Below are positions 1 through 11,154 of a DNA stretch of 64,000 bases, piece after piece (position 1 is the stretch's first letter; the number at the start of each line of letters is the position of its first letter). The position numbers and the translations under genes were made by a program. Under the pieces are notes generated by a model that saw nothing but the letters and a program-made list of their open reading frames with translations, had not been told where the DNA came from and made no database searches. The DNA lies in assembly GCA_963834935.1 (NCBI GenBank), contig CAWIDS010000001.1, positions 367,642 to 431,641 of the forward strand, read 5' to 3'. This DNA comes from Candidatus Nomurabacteria bacterium. Its GTDB lineage: Bacteria; Patescibacteriota; Minisyncoccia; Phycocordibacterales; CALRBL01.

Positions 1-1
1 A

Positions 2-1087
2 GAAGTGAAGGAAGGCTTCATGTCGCGCCTGCAAGTGCCGCTTTTCATCGGCGGAGTGAAGATGCACGACAAGATAATCTTCGCTAGAAATCTCGGCGGC
101 ATGCTCGAAGCGGGACTTTCGCTTTCCCGCGCCCTCCAGGTGATGGAACATCAGAGCAAAGACAAGCGCCTCAAGGGCATTTTCGGCAGCTTGAATGCCA
201 CGATCAGCCAAGGCAAGACATTCCATGAAGCGCTCGCAGTTTACCCTCATGTCTTCAATACCCTTTTCATCTCCATGGTAAAGGCTGGCGAGGGATCGGG
301 CAATCTTGCAAACTCTCTGAAAGAAGTGGCCGACCAGATAGAAAAGAGCTATCTTCTCCAGAAAAAGATACAAGGAGCGATGATTTATCCGTCGATCATA
401 TTCACCTTGATGATAGTCATCGGCGTGCTGATGCTTATCTACGTGGTGCCTGGCCTCACAAGCACGTTCCAAGACCTTCATACCCAGCTTCCGGCCAGCA
501 CCCAATTCGTCATTACCTTGAGCGATTTCCTGAAGAACCACTATTTCAGCTCCTTTTTGATACTCGTTGCGGCAGTCGGAAGCATTTATGGCATCTTGCA
601 TACGGAAAAAGGCAAGAGGACTTTTGATTTTCTGGTGCTCCGCCTTCCTGTTGTCGGCAATATAGTCATCGAATCCAATTCAGCCCGCACCGCCCGCACC
701 CTTTCTTCGCTCCTGAATTCAGGCGTCGATCTCATCCTTGCCACCCAGATTACTTCCGAAGTCTTGCAGAACTATTACTACAAGAAAGTCCTCGACGAAG
801 CCAAAGTTCTCATTGAGAAAGGCCAGCCGATGTCGAAAGTCTTTTCCGATAACGAGAATATCTATCCTGCTTTTGTCGGCGAAATGATGAGCGTAGGCGA
901 AGAGACCGGAAGGCTTGGAGCGATGCTTGTCGGAGTGGCAGTCTTCTATGAAGGCGAAGTCGACCAGAAGACGAAGGATATGTCGACTATCATCGAGCCG
1001 GTACTCATGATCATCATCGGTCTTGCTGTCGGATTCTTCGCCGTATCGATGATCACCCCTACCTACACCGTCCTCAACAACATCTAA
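2..1087 (+). CDS. pilC: Type IV pilus assembly / T2SS F-family inner-membrane platform protein (5' end probably outside window)
   Basis: Two T2SSF repeats (FARNLGGMLEAGLSL...; GEETGRL...EP) with TM segments; precedes pilin genes. Confidence 0.9.
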   Translation, partial: EVKEGFMSRLQVPLFIGGVKMHDKIIFARNLGGMLEAGLSLSRALQVMEHQSKDKRLKGIFGSLNATISQGKTFHEALAVYPHVFNTLFISMVKAGEGSGNLANSLKEVADQIEKSYLLQKKIQGAMIYPSIIFTLMIVIGVLMLIYVVPGLTSTFQDLHTQLPASTQFVITLSDFLKNHYFSSFLILVAAVGSIYGILHTEKGKRTFDFLVLRLPVVGNIVIESNSARTARTLSSLLNSGVDLILATQITSEVLQNYYYKKVLDEAKVLIEKGQPMSKVFSDNENIYPAFVGEMMSVGEETGRLGAMLVGVAVFYEGEVDQKTKDMSTIIEPVLMIIIGLAVGFFAVSMITPTYTVLNNI

Positions 1088-1088
1088 C

Positions 1089-2891
1089 ATGGCATTGCAT
1101 TTCAAAAAGTCATCCGCAGGCTTCACTTTAGTCGAGATGCTCATAGTGATAGCCGTCTTCCTGCTTATCACCACGGCGATCTCGACGACTTATATAAAAG
1201 TATTCAACGTGCTTTCTTTGAACAAGATGAAGATACTTGCTTTGGATGCGGCAGATGAACAGATCGAGCTCATCAGGAATCTGCCGTACAGCCAGGTAGG
1301 GGAAGTGAATGGCATTCCAAACGGCAAGATTCCTCACACGAGCACCATAACGGAAGGCGGAATACCTTTCACTCTGACTACGACGATCCGCAATGTGGAT
1401 GATCCATTCGATGGCACGATCGGAAGTAGCACCAATCCTGACCTTTCTCCAGCCGATTACAAATCAGTGGAAGTGCAAGTGGATGCCTCTTCGTCTGTGC
1501 CATTCAAGAGCCTGAAGCTCGATACTATTGTGGCTCCACTCAATCTTGAGACCGCATCCACAAATGGTGCCCTCTTAGTAAAAGTCTTTGATGCAAATGG
1601 TAATCCGGTTGCTGATGCCAATGTCCATATCGTCAATGTCGCCACCACAACACCGATCATTATCGATGACGTTACCAACGACGCCGGCAACCTGCTTATC
1701 GTGGACGTACCGCCTGGTACGAACGCTTACCAGATTACTGTCTCGAAACCGGGCTATTCGATTGATCAGACTTATCCGGTAGGAGGTTCAGGCAATCCTA
1801 ATCCAACGAAGCAGAACGTCACTGTCCTTCTCCAGCAGCTGAGCCAGGCAAGCTTCTCGATCGACAAGGTGAGCTCGCTGACCATCAATACCGAGAATTA
1901 CCTTTGCGCTGCCATTCCGAATGTCACCACCAGCATTACAGGCTCAAAGCTTATAGGCACGCCGAACGTCTACAAGTACTCCTCAACCAGCACAACTGAC
2001 GGCACGGGGAGGCTTGTGCTTTCAAATCTTGAGTGGGATATTTATTCGCTTTTGGTGAATGATTCCACTTATGAGCTTATCGGATCAAATCCGACATTCC
2101 CTTTAAGCATCCTTCCTGGTAGCACGCAAAGCGTGAATCTGATTGTCGAACCGAAAAACCCTGACACGCTCGTAGTTTCGGTCACCGATTCCACCACCAA
2201 TCTTCCTCTGACAAATGCTTCGGTGACTCTTTCGAATGGCGGATACAATTCTACTCTGACTACTGGGCAGGGCTTCATCCGCCAGACTGATTGGTCGGGA
2301 GGAAGCGGCCAGTCTGACAGCATCAATGCTAATCAATATTATTCCGACGATTCGAATATTGATACTACAGGAACTCCGGGCGGCGTAGTGCTCAAGCAAG
2401 TATTCGGCAGCTATGTTTCATCTGGACAGCTCGTTTCCTCAACTTATGACACGGGCACGAGCACCAATTTCTCGCAGATCCTTTGGAATCCACACGACGA
2501 GCCAGTGCAGACCGGCTCAAGCACAGCATTCCAGATCGCTACTTCGAATACGGACACTGCAACTACTACGTGGAATTTCGTCGGTCCTGATGGGACGTCT
2601 GCGACCTATTTTACTACGGCTGATCAGACAATAAACGCGGCTCAGAACGGCACGCGCTATATCCGCTATAAGATGTATCTTTCGACGGCTAATTCGGCGT
2701 ATACCCCGAACATCTCCGATGTCACCATTACTTTCGCTTCCTCATGCATACCGCCGGGACAAGTTTTTTTCAGCGGCCTCTCTTCAGGAAGCTATACGCT
2801 TAGTGTGTCGGATGCTGGTTATCAGACGAGCAGCCAATCTACGAGCATTGCTTCGCCATGGCAGTCAGCTACCGTCCCTTTATCCCAATAA
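1089..2891 (+). CDS. Large prepilin-type protein with Ser/Thr-rich carboxypeptidase-regulatory-like beta domains
   Basis: Class III signal G|FTLVEMLIVIAV; beta-rich C-terminus. Confidence 0.8.
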   Translation: MALHFKKSSAGFTLVEMLIVIAVFLLITTAISTTYIKVFNVLSLNKMKILALDAADEQIELIRNLPYSQVGEVNGIPNGKIPHTSTITEGGIPFTLTTTIRNVDDPFDGTIGSSTNPDLSPADYKSVEVQVDASSSVPFKSLKLDTIVAPLNLETASTNGALLVKVFDANGNPVADANVHIVNVATTTPIIIDDVTNDAGNLLIVDVPPGTNAYQITVSKPGYSIDQTYPVGGSGNPNPTKQNVTVLLQQLSQASFSIDKVSSLTINTENYLCAAIPNVTTSITGSKLIGTPNVYKYSSTSTTDGTGRLVLSNLEWDIYSLLVNDSTYELIGSNPTFPLSILPGSTQSVNLIVEPKNPDTLVVSVTDSTTNLPLTNASVTLSNGGYNSTLTTGQGFIRQTDWSGGSGQSDSINANQYYSDDSNIDTTGTPGGVVLKQVFGSYVSSGQLVSSTYDTGTSTNFSQILWNPHDEPVQTGSSTAFQIATSNTDTATTTWNFVGPDGTSATYFTTADQTINAAQNGTRYIRYKMYLSTANSAYTPNISDVTITFASSCIPPGQVFFSGLSSGSYTLSVSDAGYQTSSQSTSIASPWQSATVPLSQ

Positions 2892-2892
2892 T

Positions 2893-3516
2893 ATGAATTC
2901 AAAAATCACAGCAAAAAAAGGATTCTCATTGCTTGAAATGCTCGTGGTGATGGGCATTCTCACCCTTTTCATCGCCCTTGTGTCCGATTTCCAAGCGAAG
3001 ATATTTATCTATGACGAAATCTTCCAGGGAGGAAATACCACGGATTTGGAAGCACTTTCAGTACTCAAGACCATGGCTGCCGAGATGAGGTCGATGTCGC
3101 CTTCGAGTGCAGGTGCTTATCCGATAGATAATGCAGGAACGAGCACAATCACCTTTTACGATGATATCAATAATGACGGCAGCAAGGAGAAAATACGCTA
3201 TTTTTTATCAGGGACGACGCTCGAGCGCGGGCTTACATATGGATCAGGCAATCCTGTCGTTTATAATCCGTCATCCGAGACGATCACCACGCTCATCACC
3301 AATGTCCGCAATGCAAGCACGACGCCGATCTTCAGTTACTATGACGATACATATTACGGACAAGCCTCTTCAACCCCGCTTTCGTACCCTTTGAATATTT
3401 TCAGCATAAGCCTGGTCAATATGAATGTCATCATTGATGCTGATCCGAACAAGCCGCTGTCGCCGCTTAATGAATCGACAAGCGTAACCATCCGTAATCT
3501 GAAGAATAATTTATGA
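2893..3516 (+). CDS. Minor pilin / pseudopilin (PilW-like)
   Basis: KKG|FSLLEMLVVMGIL prepilin motif; ATG at 2893 directly after upstream stop. Confidence 0.8.
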   Translation: MNSKITAKKGFSLLEMLVVMGILTLFIALVSDFQAKIFIYDEIFQGGNTTDLEALSVLKTMAAEMRSMSPSSAGAYPIDNAGTSTITFYDDINNDGSKEKIRYFLSGTTLERGLTYGSGNPVVYNPSSETITTLITNVRNASTTPIFSYYDDTYYGQASSTPLSYPLNIFSISLVNMNVIIDADPNKPLSPLNESTSVTIRNLKNNL

Positions 3517-4983
3517 AAAACTTAGCGAAAAAAAATAAAGGCTTCATGCTCGTGGGCATTCTCGTCTTCGCTTCGATCGCCGTGCTCATCATGAGCACTA
3601 TCGTCAGCGGAGCTGTGTCGAATATCGAGCTTACGGAACGGTTGACTGACAAGGAAAAAGCATTCCAGATAGCGGAAGCAGGCGTGGATTATTATCGCTG
3701 GCACCTCGCTCATGCCTCGCAGGATTTTCAGGACGGCACTGGCAAATCGGGTCCTTATGTCCCATCAATTCTATGACAAGGATAGCAATCTGATCGGAAG
3801 CTTCTCGCTGAATATAATTCCACCGCTTACCGGCTCGACGGTAGTGAAGGTCCAATCGACGGGTAATGTGGTCACTTCTTCGGAAAGCCGTGAGATACAA
3901 TCTACTCTTGCTATTCCGTCGCTCGCCCAATTCGCTGTCGTTGCCAACGACAATATGCGTTTCGGCCAAGGAACTACGGTATACGGCCCTATCCAATCCA
4001 ATTATGGAATCCATTTTGATGGCGTCGCTCACAATCTTGTCTCGAGCGCACTTTCTTCATACGTCGATCCAGACACAGGCTACACGCAGTTTGGAGTTTA
4101 CACTGCGGTCATTCCCCCGCCAGGAAGCGGCACGTACAGCGGATCCATTCCAGCTGAGGCTCCACCAAGCACGCCCGCAGCCCGGAGCGACGTCTTCATG
4201 GCAGGCAGGCAATTTCCCGTGACGACATTTGATTTTACCGGAATGACCACCGACCTTGCTTCGATGAAAGCCACTGCCCAGGCTTCCACCTCGAACAGCT
4301 ACTTCGCAAGCTCCGGCTCTTACGGCTACAACATTATCCTGAAGACGAACGGAACATACGATTTATACAAGGTGACGCAGCTGCAAACGCCTACGAATTC
4401 ATGCACCACTTATAGCGATCCCAGTCCAGCGACAGTAGGATGGGGATCGTGGTCAGTCAAGACGCAGCAATTCCTCAAGAATTATACTTTTCCTTCAAGC
4501 GGAGTGATATTCATCGAGGATAATGTCTGGGTCGAAGGTCAGATCAATCATGCTCGCCTTACTATCGCTTCAGGAAAATTCCCCGATAATCCTTCGACCA
4601 GGACAAGTATTACGGTGAACAACAACCTTCTCTACACTAATTTTGACGGAACTGACTCGCTCTCTCTCGTCTCTCAGAATAATGTCAATGTGGGAATGTA
4701 CGGCTTGGACACACTTACGATCGATGGCGCTTTGGTTGCCCAGAACGGCAGAGTCGGCCGTTTTTACTATGCTACGCAATGCAGCCCTTATGCCACTCGC
4801 ACCAATCTCACCCTTTACGGCATGATTGCTACCAACACTCGCTACGGCTTTGCTTACAGCGATGGCACGGGCTATACCAACCGCTATCTCAACTACGACG
4901 GCAACATGCTTTACGCCCCTCCGCCTGATTTTCCTTTGACTTCGAGTCTTTACAGCGTGATCGGCTGGCAATCGATTAAGTAG
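3513..4983 (+). CDS. PilX-like minor pilin split by a 1-bp frameshift at ~3761-3763
   Basis: KG|FML..., AFQIAEAGVDYY motif; removing one C from CCC joins the ORFs as ...GPYVHQFYDKD... Confidence 0.75.
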
Positions 4984-5017
4984 AGTCTCGTTTTTTGAGT
5001 GTGATATACTGACGGAC

Positions 5018-5785
5018 ATGAAAAAGAGGAAAAAAATCGTGATAGGCAATTGGAAGATGAACCCTGATACTTTTAAGGACGCGAAAGCATTGAATGATTC
5101 GATAAAAAGGAGAGCGTTGTCGGTAAAGAAGACATCAATCATCATCTGTCCGCCCTCGATTTACCTCCCGAATCTGAAAGGAACCTCATCTTCTAAAAAG
5201 ATCAGCTACGGCATACAGAATATCGGAAAAGAGAAATCAGGCGCATTTACCGGCGAAATTTCCGCTTCAATGGCTAAAAGCATGGGTGCTTCATACGCCA
5301 TCGTAGGTCATTCTGAGCGCCGCGCGGCCGGCGAGACTAATGAAGATACTTCGAAAAAAGTGGCATTGCTCATCGAGCAGAAGATAAGCCCGATACTTTG
5401 CATCGGGGAAAAGGCCGTAGACGAGCATGCCGGGCATCTTGCTTTCGTGAAGGAACAGCTCTCAATCGGCCTATCGAAAGTGACAACGGCGAATATCGGC
5501 CAAGTCATCATCGCCTACGAGCCGGTATATGCGATCGGAGCGAAGGATCCAGTGACCTCGCATGAGATACATCAGAGGAATATTTTCATAAAGAAGGTGC
5601 TTACCGGCATGTACGGCAAGGCGAAGGCATTCGAGATACCGATACTTTACGGAGGATCAGTCAATGCCGAGAATGCTTATGAATTGGTCAAAGGAGGTGA
5701 TGTCGACGGCCTTCTTGTCGGACGCGACAGTCTGAAGGCAGAAAATTTTATCCAGATTGCCAAGAAAATGGATTTACTCTCATGA
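5018..5785 (+). CDS. tpiA: Triosephosphate isomerase
   Basis: GNWKMN, GHSERR, AYEPVYAIG, LYGGSV motifs. Confidence 0.97.
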   Translation: MKKRKKIVIGNWKMNPDTFKDAKALNDSIKRRALSVKKTSIIICPPSIYLPNLKGTSSSKKISYGIQNIGKEKSGAFTGEISASMAKSMGASYAIVGHSERRAAGETNEDTSKKVALLIEQKISPILCIGEKAVDEHAGHLAFVKEQLSIGLSKVTTANIGQVIIAYEPVYAIGAKDPVTSHEIHQRNIFIKKVLTGMYGKAKAFEIPILYGGSVNAENAYELVKGGDVDGLLVGRDSLKAENFIQIAKKMDLLS

Positions 5786-6912
5786 TACGGAACCTTCGAG
5801 ACCTGTCTCCATCGGATATCCAAGGGAAAAAAGTGCTCGTGCGCGTTGATTTCAACGTGCCGGTGAAGGACGGCAAAGTGGTTGATGATTACAGGATCAT
5901 CAGGGCGCTTCCGACCATCAATTTTCTTCGCGAAAATGGGGCAAAAGTGCTTCTGTTAAGCCATATCGAGACAAAAGATGTTACGCCGACGCTCGTTCCC
6001 GTCTTTGATTACCTCTCGAATCTCTTTGAGCTTTCTTTTCTGAAAGATTGCTTCAATGACGAGGCAAAACTGAAGATTTCTTCCCTCAAGGACGGCGAAG
6101 TGATCCTGTTCGAGAATATCCGCCAGTATGAACAGGAGAAAAAGAATGATATGGATTTCGCAAAGCATCTCGCTTCGCTTGCTGATATCTATGTCGACGA
6201 TGCTTTTGCTGTCATGCACCGAGAGCATGCGTCGGTGGTCGGCGTTCCGAAATTCATTCCTTCATACGCAGGATTTTTGCTTTCGGATGAGATCAAGCAT
6301 CTGAAGATCGACGCAAGCACTCCGCACCCATTCCTTTTCATCCTCGGCGGAGCAAAATTCGAGACAAAGCTTCCCCTCATAAATACGTTCCTTGGAAAAG
6401 CGGACAAGGTTTTCGTGGCGGGCGCGCTGATCAATGATATGCTGAAAGCCAAAGGCTATGAAGTGGGTGTGTCCGTGGTTTCAGATCAGCTGATCGACAT
6501 AAGCGACATCATTAATGATCCGAAGCTCATCATTCCTGTCGATGTGGTGGTCAAGAATGGAGACGAGACAAAGACAAAAGCTATTTCTGCCGTAGCCAAA
6601 GATGATATGATAATGGATATTGGAGAGAAGACGATGAGTACGATCGCCGAAGAAGTGAAGAATGCGAAATACATTCTCTGGAACGGACCCCTCGGCTTTT
6701 ACGAAAAAGGATTCAAGGAGGCTACTGTCTCGCTTTGCAAGATGATCGGCGGAGGCTCAGCAGAATCGGTTGTCGGCGGAGGCGATACGCTTGCTTCGAT
6801 CCAGGAGCTTCATCTTGAAGATAAATTTACCTTTATTTCTACCGGAGGAGGAGCGATGCTCGAATTCCTTCTCAAAGGCACTCTTCCAGGCATCGAAGCT
6901 TTAGACAAATAG
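5782..6912 (+). CDS. pgk: Phosphoglycerate kinase
   Basis: RVDFNVP, WNGPLG, GGGDT, STGGGA motifs. Confidence 0.97.
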   Translation: MIRNLRDLSPSDIQGKKVLVRVDFNVPVKDGKVVDDYRIIRALPTINFLRENGAKVLLLSHIETKDVTPTLVPVFDYLSNLFELSFLKDCFNDEAKLKISSLKDGEVILFENIRQYEQEKKNDMDFAKHLASLADIYVDDAFAVMHREHASVVGVPKFIPSYAGFLLSDEIKHLKIDASTPHPFLFILGGAKFETKLPLINTFLGKADKVFVAGALINDMLKAKGYEVGVSVVSDQLIDISDIINDPKLIIPVDVVVKNGDETKTKAISAVAKDDMIMDIGEKTMSTIAEEVKNAKYILWNGPLGFYEKGFKEATVSLCKMIGGGSAESVVGGGDTLASIQELHLEDKFTFISTGGGAMLEFLLKGTLPGIEALDK

Positions 6913-6922
6913 GTATCCATAC

Positions 6923-8629
6923 ATGAAGAAGGTCGTCATCCGGGAACAGGAAGGGGAAACATTGCTTGATCACTTGCTCTTTCATCGTGGGATCGTCGGA
7001 CAAGACGAGAAAGAACGATTTCTCTATCCTTCATATGAAGAAGGCCTGAATGACCCTTATTTGCTTTCCGGCATGGAGAAGGCGGTTTCCCGCATAGATG
7101 AAGCGATAAAAAAGGAAGAAAAGATTCTCATATACAGCGATTATGACGCTGACGGTATTCCAGGGGCAGTCGTGCTCTCTGATTTTTTCAAGATGATCGG
7201 GTACATGAACGTCACCAACTACATCCCACACCGGCATGATGAAGGGTTCGGCCTGCACGAAGAAGCGATCGAGATCATTTCAAAAAACGGAATAACTTTG
7301 CTCATTACCGTCGATTGCGGCATAACTGACATAAAGGAAGTGGAAAAGGCGAATGGATTAGGGATTGACGTCATCATTACTGATCATCATCTACCCGGAG
7401 AAGCGCTGCCTGAAGCGTTCGCAATTATCGATCCGAAGCTGAGCCCGGAATATCCCGATCAGATGATTTGCGGATCGGGTGTCGCATTCAAGATCGTGCA
7501 AGCCATGCTTTCCAAAGACAGGAGGGGAGTTCCGGAAGGGAAAGAAAAGTGGCTTCTCGACATGGTTGGCTTGGCTACGCTTTCCGACATGGTTCCTCTC
7601 AAAGGCGAGAACAGGATTTTTGCCAAATACGGATTGAAGGTCCTCCAGAAGTCGCCCCGTCCCGGAATCCAGAAATTGCTTTCTTCGTTGAAGATTTCCC
7701 AAAAGGACGTCACTGAAGACGATATTGCCTTCATGGTCACACCGCGCATCAACGTGGCTTCCCGCATGGGTAGTCCAACAGATGCTTTCAAGCTTCTTTC
7801 CACTGATGATCCTGCTGAAGCTGCGATGCTGGTCGAGAAGCTTAATCTCCTGAATGACGAGCGCAAAGGGGTCGTGGCTGCAATAGTGAAGGAGATCAAG
7901 AACAAGATAAACAAGCGCGGACTTAAAGAGAAGAAAGTGATTGTCCTCGGCAATCCCTCATGGAAGCCAGCAGTGCTCGGCTTGGTTGCCAACAGCCTGA
8001 TGAAGGAATACCAGAAGCCAGCATTTCTCTGGGGCAGAAGCGGTAGTGAGTCGGGAACAGATGAATTGCTCAAAGGTTCCTGCCGGTCGGAAGGACAGAC
8101 AGATGTGGTTGCCTTGATGAGCAATGTGCCGAAAGGATTGTTCGACGATTTCGGCGGCCACAAGATGTCGGGAGGCTTTTCCGTATCCACCGAGAATATC
8201 CATCGATTAGATGAAGCCTTGAATGCCTCCTACGAAGAATTATTTTCAAAAAATATTAAAGACGAAGAAAAGCAGGCGGTTGATAGGGTTATTTCTATCG
8301 ACGATATCGATTTTTCACTATGGAACATCGTCGAGAAGCTCGCTCCTTTCGGCATAGACAATCACAAGCCAATCTTCCTTTTTAAGGATATCGTTCCAAC
8401 CGTTGTCAAACGCTTCGGCAAGAAGAGCGAGCATCTTGAGCTAGTCTTTAACAAGCAGAATCAGAAAAAGGTGTCTGCTATTTATTTTTTTACCGAGGAT
8501 AATCCTGAATTCAGCGCACTTTCGGCAGGAACGCCTTTCACCCTTCTTGCAACTCTCGAGAAGTCTACGTTTCGCGGATTCCCGGAACTGCGGCTCAGGA
8601 TCGTCGATGTTTCCGTCGTGTTACAATAG
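6923..8629 (+). CDS. recJ: ssDNA exonuclease RecJ
   Basis: DYDADG, TVDCG, TDHH, GGHK DHH/DHHA1 motifs. Confidence 0.95.
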   Translation: MKKVVIREQEGETLLDHLLFHRGIVGQDEKERFLYPSYEEGLNDPYLLSGMEKAVSRIDEAIKKEEKILIYSDYDADGIPGAVVLSDFFKMIGYMNVTNYIPHRHDEGFGLHEEAIEIISKNGITLLITVDCGITDIKEVEKANGLGIDVIITDHHLPGEALPEAFAIIDPKLSPEYPDQMICGSGVAFKIVQAMLSKDRRGVPEGKEKWLLDMVGLATLSDMVPLKGENRIFAKYGLKVLQKSPRPGIQKLLSSLKISQKDVTEDDIAFMVTPRINVASRMGSPTDAFKLLSTDDPAEAAMLVEKLNLLNDERKGVVAAIVKEIKNKINKRGLKEKKVIVLGNPSWKPAVLGLVANSLMKEYQKPAFLWGRSGSESGTDELLKGSCRSEGQTDVVALMSNVPKGLFDDFGGHKMSGGFSVSTENIHRLDEALNASYEELFSKNIKDEEKQAVDRVISIDDIDFSLWNIVEKLAPFGIDNHKPIFLFKDIVPTVVKRFGKKSEHLELVFNKQNQKKVSAIYFFTEDNPEFSALSAGTPFTLLATLEKSTFRGFPELRLRIVDVSVVLQ

Positions 8630-8633
8630 GGGA

Positions 8634-9380
8634 ATGCAGCAGGGAAAAATAATCATATTCACCGATGGCTCATCTCGAGGTAATCCTGGCCCAGGCGGCT
8701 ATGCCTATATTTCAATATATCCCGATTCGCACGGCACGTTCAAAATAGATGAAGGCGGAGGCAAGGAATCGCTGACGACGAACAATCGCATGGAGCTTCG
8801 CGCTGCCATCGAGGCTCTGAATAATTTTGACGGCTATTTTGACTCGGCGGAAAATACTCAGAATGCCTATCACATTTATCTCGACTCGGCTTATGTCTTG
8901 AACGGCATTACCAAATGGGTCTTCGGCTGGGAAAGGAATGGCTGGCTGACCTCGCAAAAAGAAAAAGTAGTGAACGAGGATTTATGGAAAGAGCTGAAGT
9001 CATCGACCGAAGGAAAAAAGATTGAATGGCATCTGCTCAAAGGCCATGGCGGAATAGCAGGGAATGAAAGATGTGACGAGATTGCGACTGCTTTTGCCGA
9101 TTCAGTTACGGACCCAACGGCAGAACCGTCCCTTTTCAAAGGCAAAGCCAGCGACTATAAGATAGACATTTTCAATATGGAGATGAGTGCTGGCGTATCG
9201 AAAAGTTCCAAAGGCAAAAAGGCATATTCATATGTCAGTTCGATCAACGGCAAAGTGATGATCCATCGGACGTGGGCGGAATGTGAAGCTCGTGTCAAAG
9301 GCGAGAAAGGCGCGCGTTTTAAGAAAGCCCTGAGCAAGAGCGATGAGGATGAATTGATAAGCACTCTAGGAAAGATTTAG
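8634..9380 (+). CDS. rnhA: Ribonuclease HI with C-terminal hybrid-binding (viroplasmin-like) domain
   Basis: FTDGSSRGNPGPGG, TNNRMEL, GHGGIAGNERCD; C-terminal TWAECEARVKG. Confidence 0.92.
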   Translation: MQQGKIIIFTDGSSRGNPGPGGYAYISIYPDSHGTFKIDEGGGKESLTTNNRMELRAAIEALNNFDGYFDSAENTQNAYHIYLDSAYVLNGITKWVFGWERNGWLTSQKEKVVNEDLWKELKSSTEGKKIEWHLLKGHGGIAGNERCDEIATAFADSVTDPTAEPSLFKGKASDYKIDIFNMEMSAGVSKSSKGKKAYSYVSSINGKVMIHRTWAECEARVKGEKGARFKKALSKSDEDELISTLGKI

Positions 9381-9412
9381 AATGATTTTAAGATTACGCG
9401 GGAAAATAATGC

Positions 9413-10900
9413 ATGCCTTCGGCAAAGCTTTATTCTTTCATTTGCAGCTTTCTGTGCGGAGTAGCCGTTGCTAGCGCGTGGCGTGTCCCTTGGCAGCTGT
9501 CAGCATTGATGATTTCTACCCTTTTGTCATTGATGATTGCTGAAAGGAAGTTTCGGAATGTCATATTAATAGGATTGATCTTATTTTTTATAGGCATTCT
9601 TCGCTTGGATATCAACCAACTGATGAATAAGCCACTTCTTGATCCTTATGCCGGAAAAACATTCTCAGGAAAGGGTATCGTCATCGATGAGCCGGGCGAG
9701 GCGGATCATTACACGGAAATTGCGGTTAGTCTCGAGGGTATTAAAAAGACGCAGAATATCATCATAAAGTATGGAGGGAATGAGCGTGTCGGATACGGCG
9801 ACGAGATTTCCTTCTCAGGCACGCTGAAGAAGCCCCAGTCATTTGTCGCTGACAATGGTAGGATATTTGATTATCCGCACTATTTAGCCAAGGATTCCAT
9901 CTTTTATATCATTTCCACCTCGCATATCCGGCTGATCGGAAGGAATAAGGGAAATATGCTGAAAGCTTTTCTTTTCAAGGCGAAGCAGTCTTTCATAAAT
10001 CATATCGAATATGTCATTCCAGCGCCGGAGTCGTCGCTTCTTGGCGGCCTGACTGTCGCAGGCAAGCAGCTTCTCGGTGTGACTTTGGAAGATGAATACA
10101 AGATGGTAGGTCTCATTCATGTGGTCGTGCTTTCCGGATACAATGTAACTATCGTCGCTGAGGCGCTCGTCGCTTTGTTGTCGTTTCTTCCTTCTTTCAT
10201 AAGCTATGGCAGCGGAATCATAGGAATCATTCTCTTCTCGATCATGGCTGGAGGAAGTTCGACTATCATTCGCGCCGCAATAATGTCCATCATCGCCCTT
10301 ATAGGGAAACTGAACTACAAGAAGTATGATGTCTTGCGCGCCTTGATGATATCGGCAGGCCTGATGGCTTTTGCCAATCCGCTGATACTTGCCTATGATC
10401 CCTCGTTCCAACTCAGCTTCCTCGCGACGCTCGGCCTGATCCTTTTTTCTCCACACGTCCAGGATTTCTTGGAAAAAAGAGCGCGCGTCTCTCCTTCATC
10501 TTCTTTCGGACAAGTTCTTTCTTCGACTATCGCTACGCAGCTTTTTCTTTTGCCGTACCTGATATATTCGAATGGAGCGCTTTCTATCGTCGCCTTGCCT
10601 GCCAATCTTCTGGTGGTTTCTTTCGTTCCTCTGACCATGCTTTTCGGTTTCATCGCCGCTTCCACTTCCTATGTCTCCATTGTCCTGTCCTATCCGTTTG
10701 CTTTCATTTCTTTTGTGCTTCTGCGATACCAGCTTCGGATCGTAGGCATCTTCTCGTCTATCCCTTATGCCTCGGTCTCGGTGGGATCAATTCCGCTATG
10801 GCTGGTATTCTTATGCTACGTCATCTTCATCCTCGTCAAGTGTAAGAATCAAATTCTTCAGACGTCTGTTGGATTCAGGTCGAATATTAGTAAGCTTTAA
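9413..10900 (+). CDS. comEC: ComEC/Rec2 competence DNA-uptake channel
   Basis: GLIHVVVLSGYNV, IRAAIM, SFQLSFLAT motifs; multi-TM. Confidence 0.92.
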   Translation: MPSAKLYSFICSFLCGVAVASAWRVPWQLSALMISTLLSLMIAERKFRNVILIGLILFFIGILRLDINQLMNKPLLDPYAGKTFSGKGIVIDEPGEADHYTEIAVSLEGIKKTQNIIIKYGGNERVGYGDEISFSGTLKKPQSFVADNGRIFDYPHYLAKDSIFYIISTSHIRLIGRNKGNMLKAFLFKAKQSFINHIEYVIPAPESSLLGGLTVAGKQLLGVTLEDEYKMVGLIHVVVLSGYNVTIVAEALVALLSFLPSFISYGSGIIGIILFSIMAGGSSTIIRAAIMSIIALIGKLNYKKYDVLRALMISAGLMAFANPLILAYDPSFQLSFLATLGLILFSPHVQDFLEKRARVSPSSSFGQVLSSTIATQLFLLPYLIYSNGALSIVALPANLLVVSFVPLTMLFGFIAASTSYVSIVLSYPFAFISFVLLRYQLRIVGIFSSIPYASVSVGSIPLWLVFLCYVIFILVKCKNQILQTSVGFRSNISKL

Positions 10901-10916
10901 AAAACAAAAACATCAT

Positions 10917-11108
10917 ATGATATGGCAACACTGGGTTAACTTTATTGTCGGAGTGTGGCTTATCCTGTCTGCGTCATTCGGCGTTTCCCTCGGAAGCATG
11001 ACGACCAACTTGGCTGTCTCTGGAATAGTGGTCGCCGTCTTGTCTCTCTGGGGAGCATTGGCCAACCAGTCAGAATATAGCAGGATGGGAGGACATAGGC
11101 ATGCATAA
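10917..11108 (+). CDS. Small SPW-repeat-like membrane protein
   Basis: MIWQHWVNFIVGVWLILS..., two TM helices; ATG after A-rich tract. Confidence 0.7.
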   Translation: MIWQHWVNFIVGVWLILSASFGVSLGSMTTNLAVSGIVVAVLSLWGALANQSEYSRMGGHRHA

Positions 11109-11125
11109 GCTGAAGATATTCAATT

Positions 11126-11154
11126 AAAAACGGGGCAAGGGGCTCCGTTTTTTT
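11126..11154. terminator. Bidirectional intrinsic terminator
   Basis: AAAAA-CGGGGC...GCTCCG-TTTTT between convergent genes. Confidence 0.7.
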
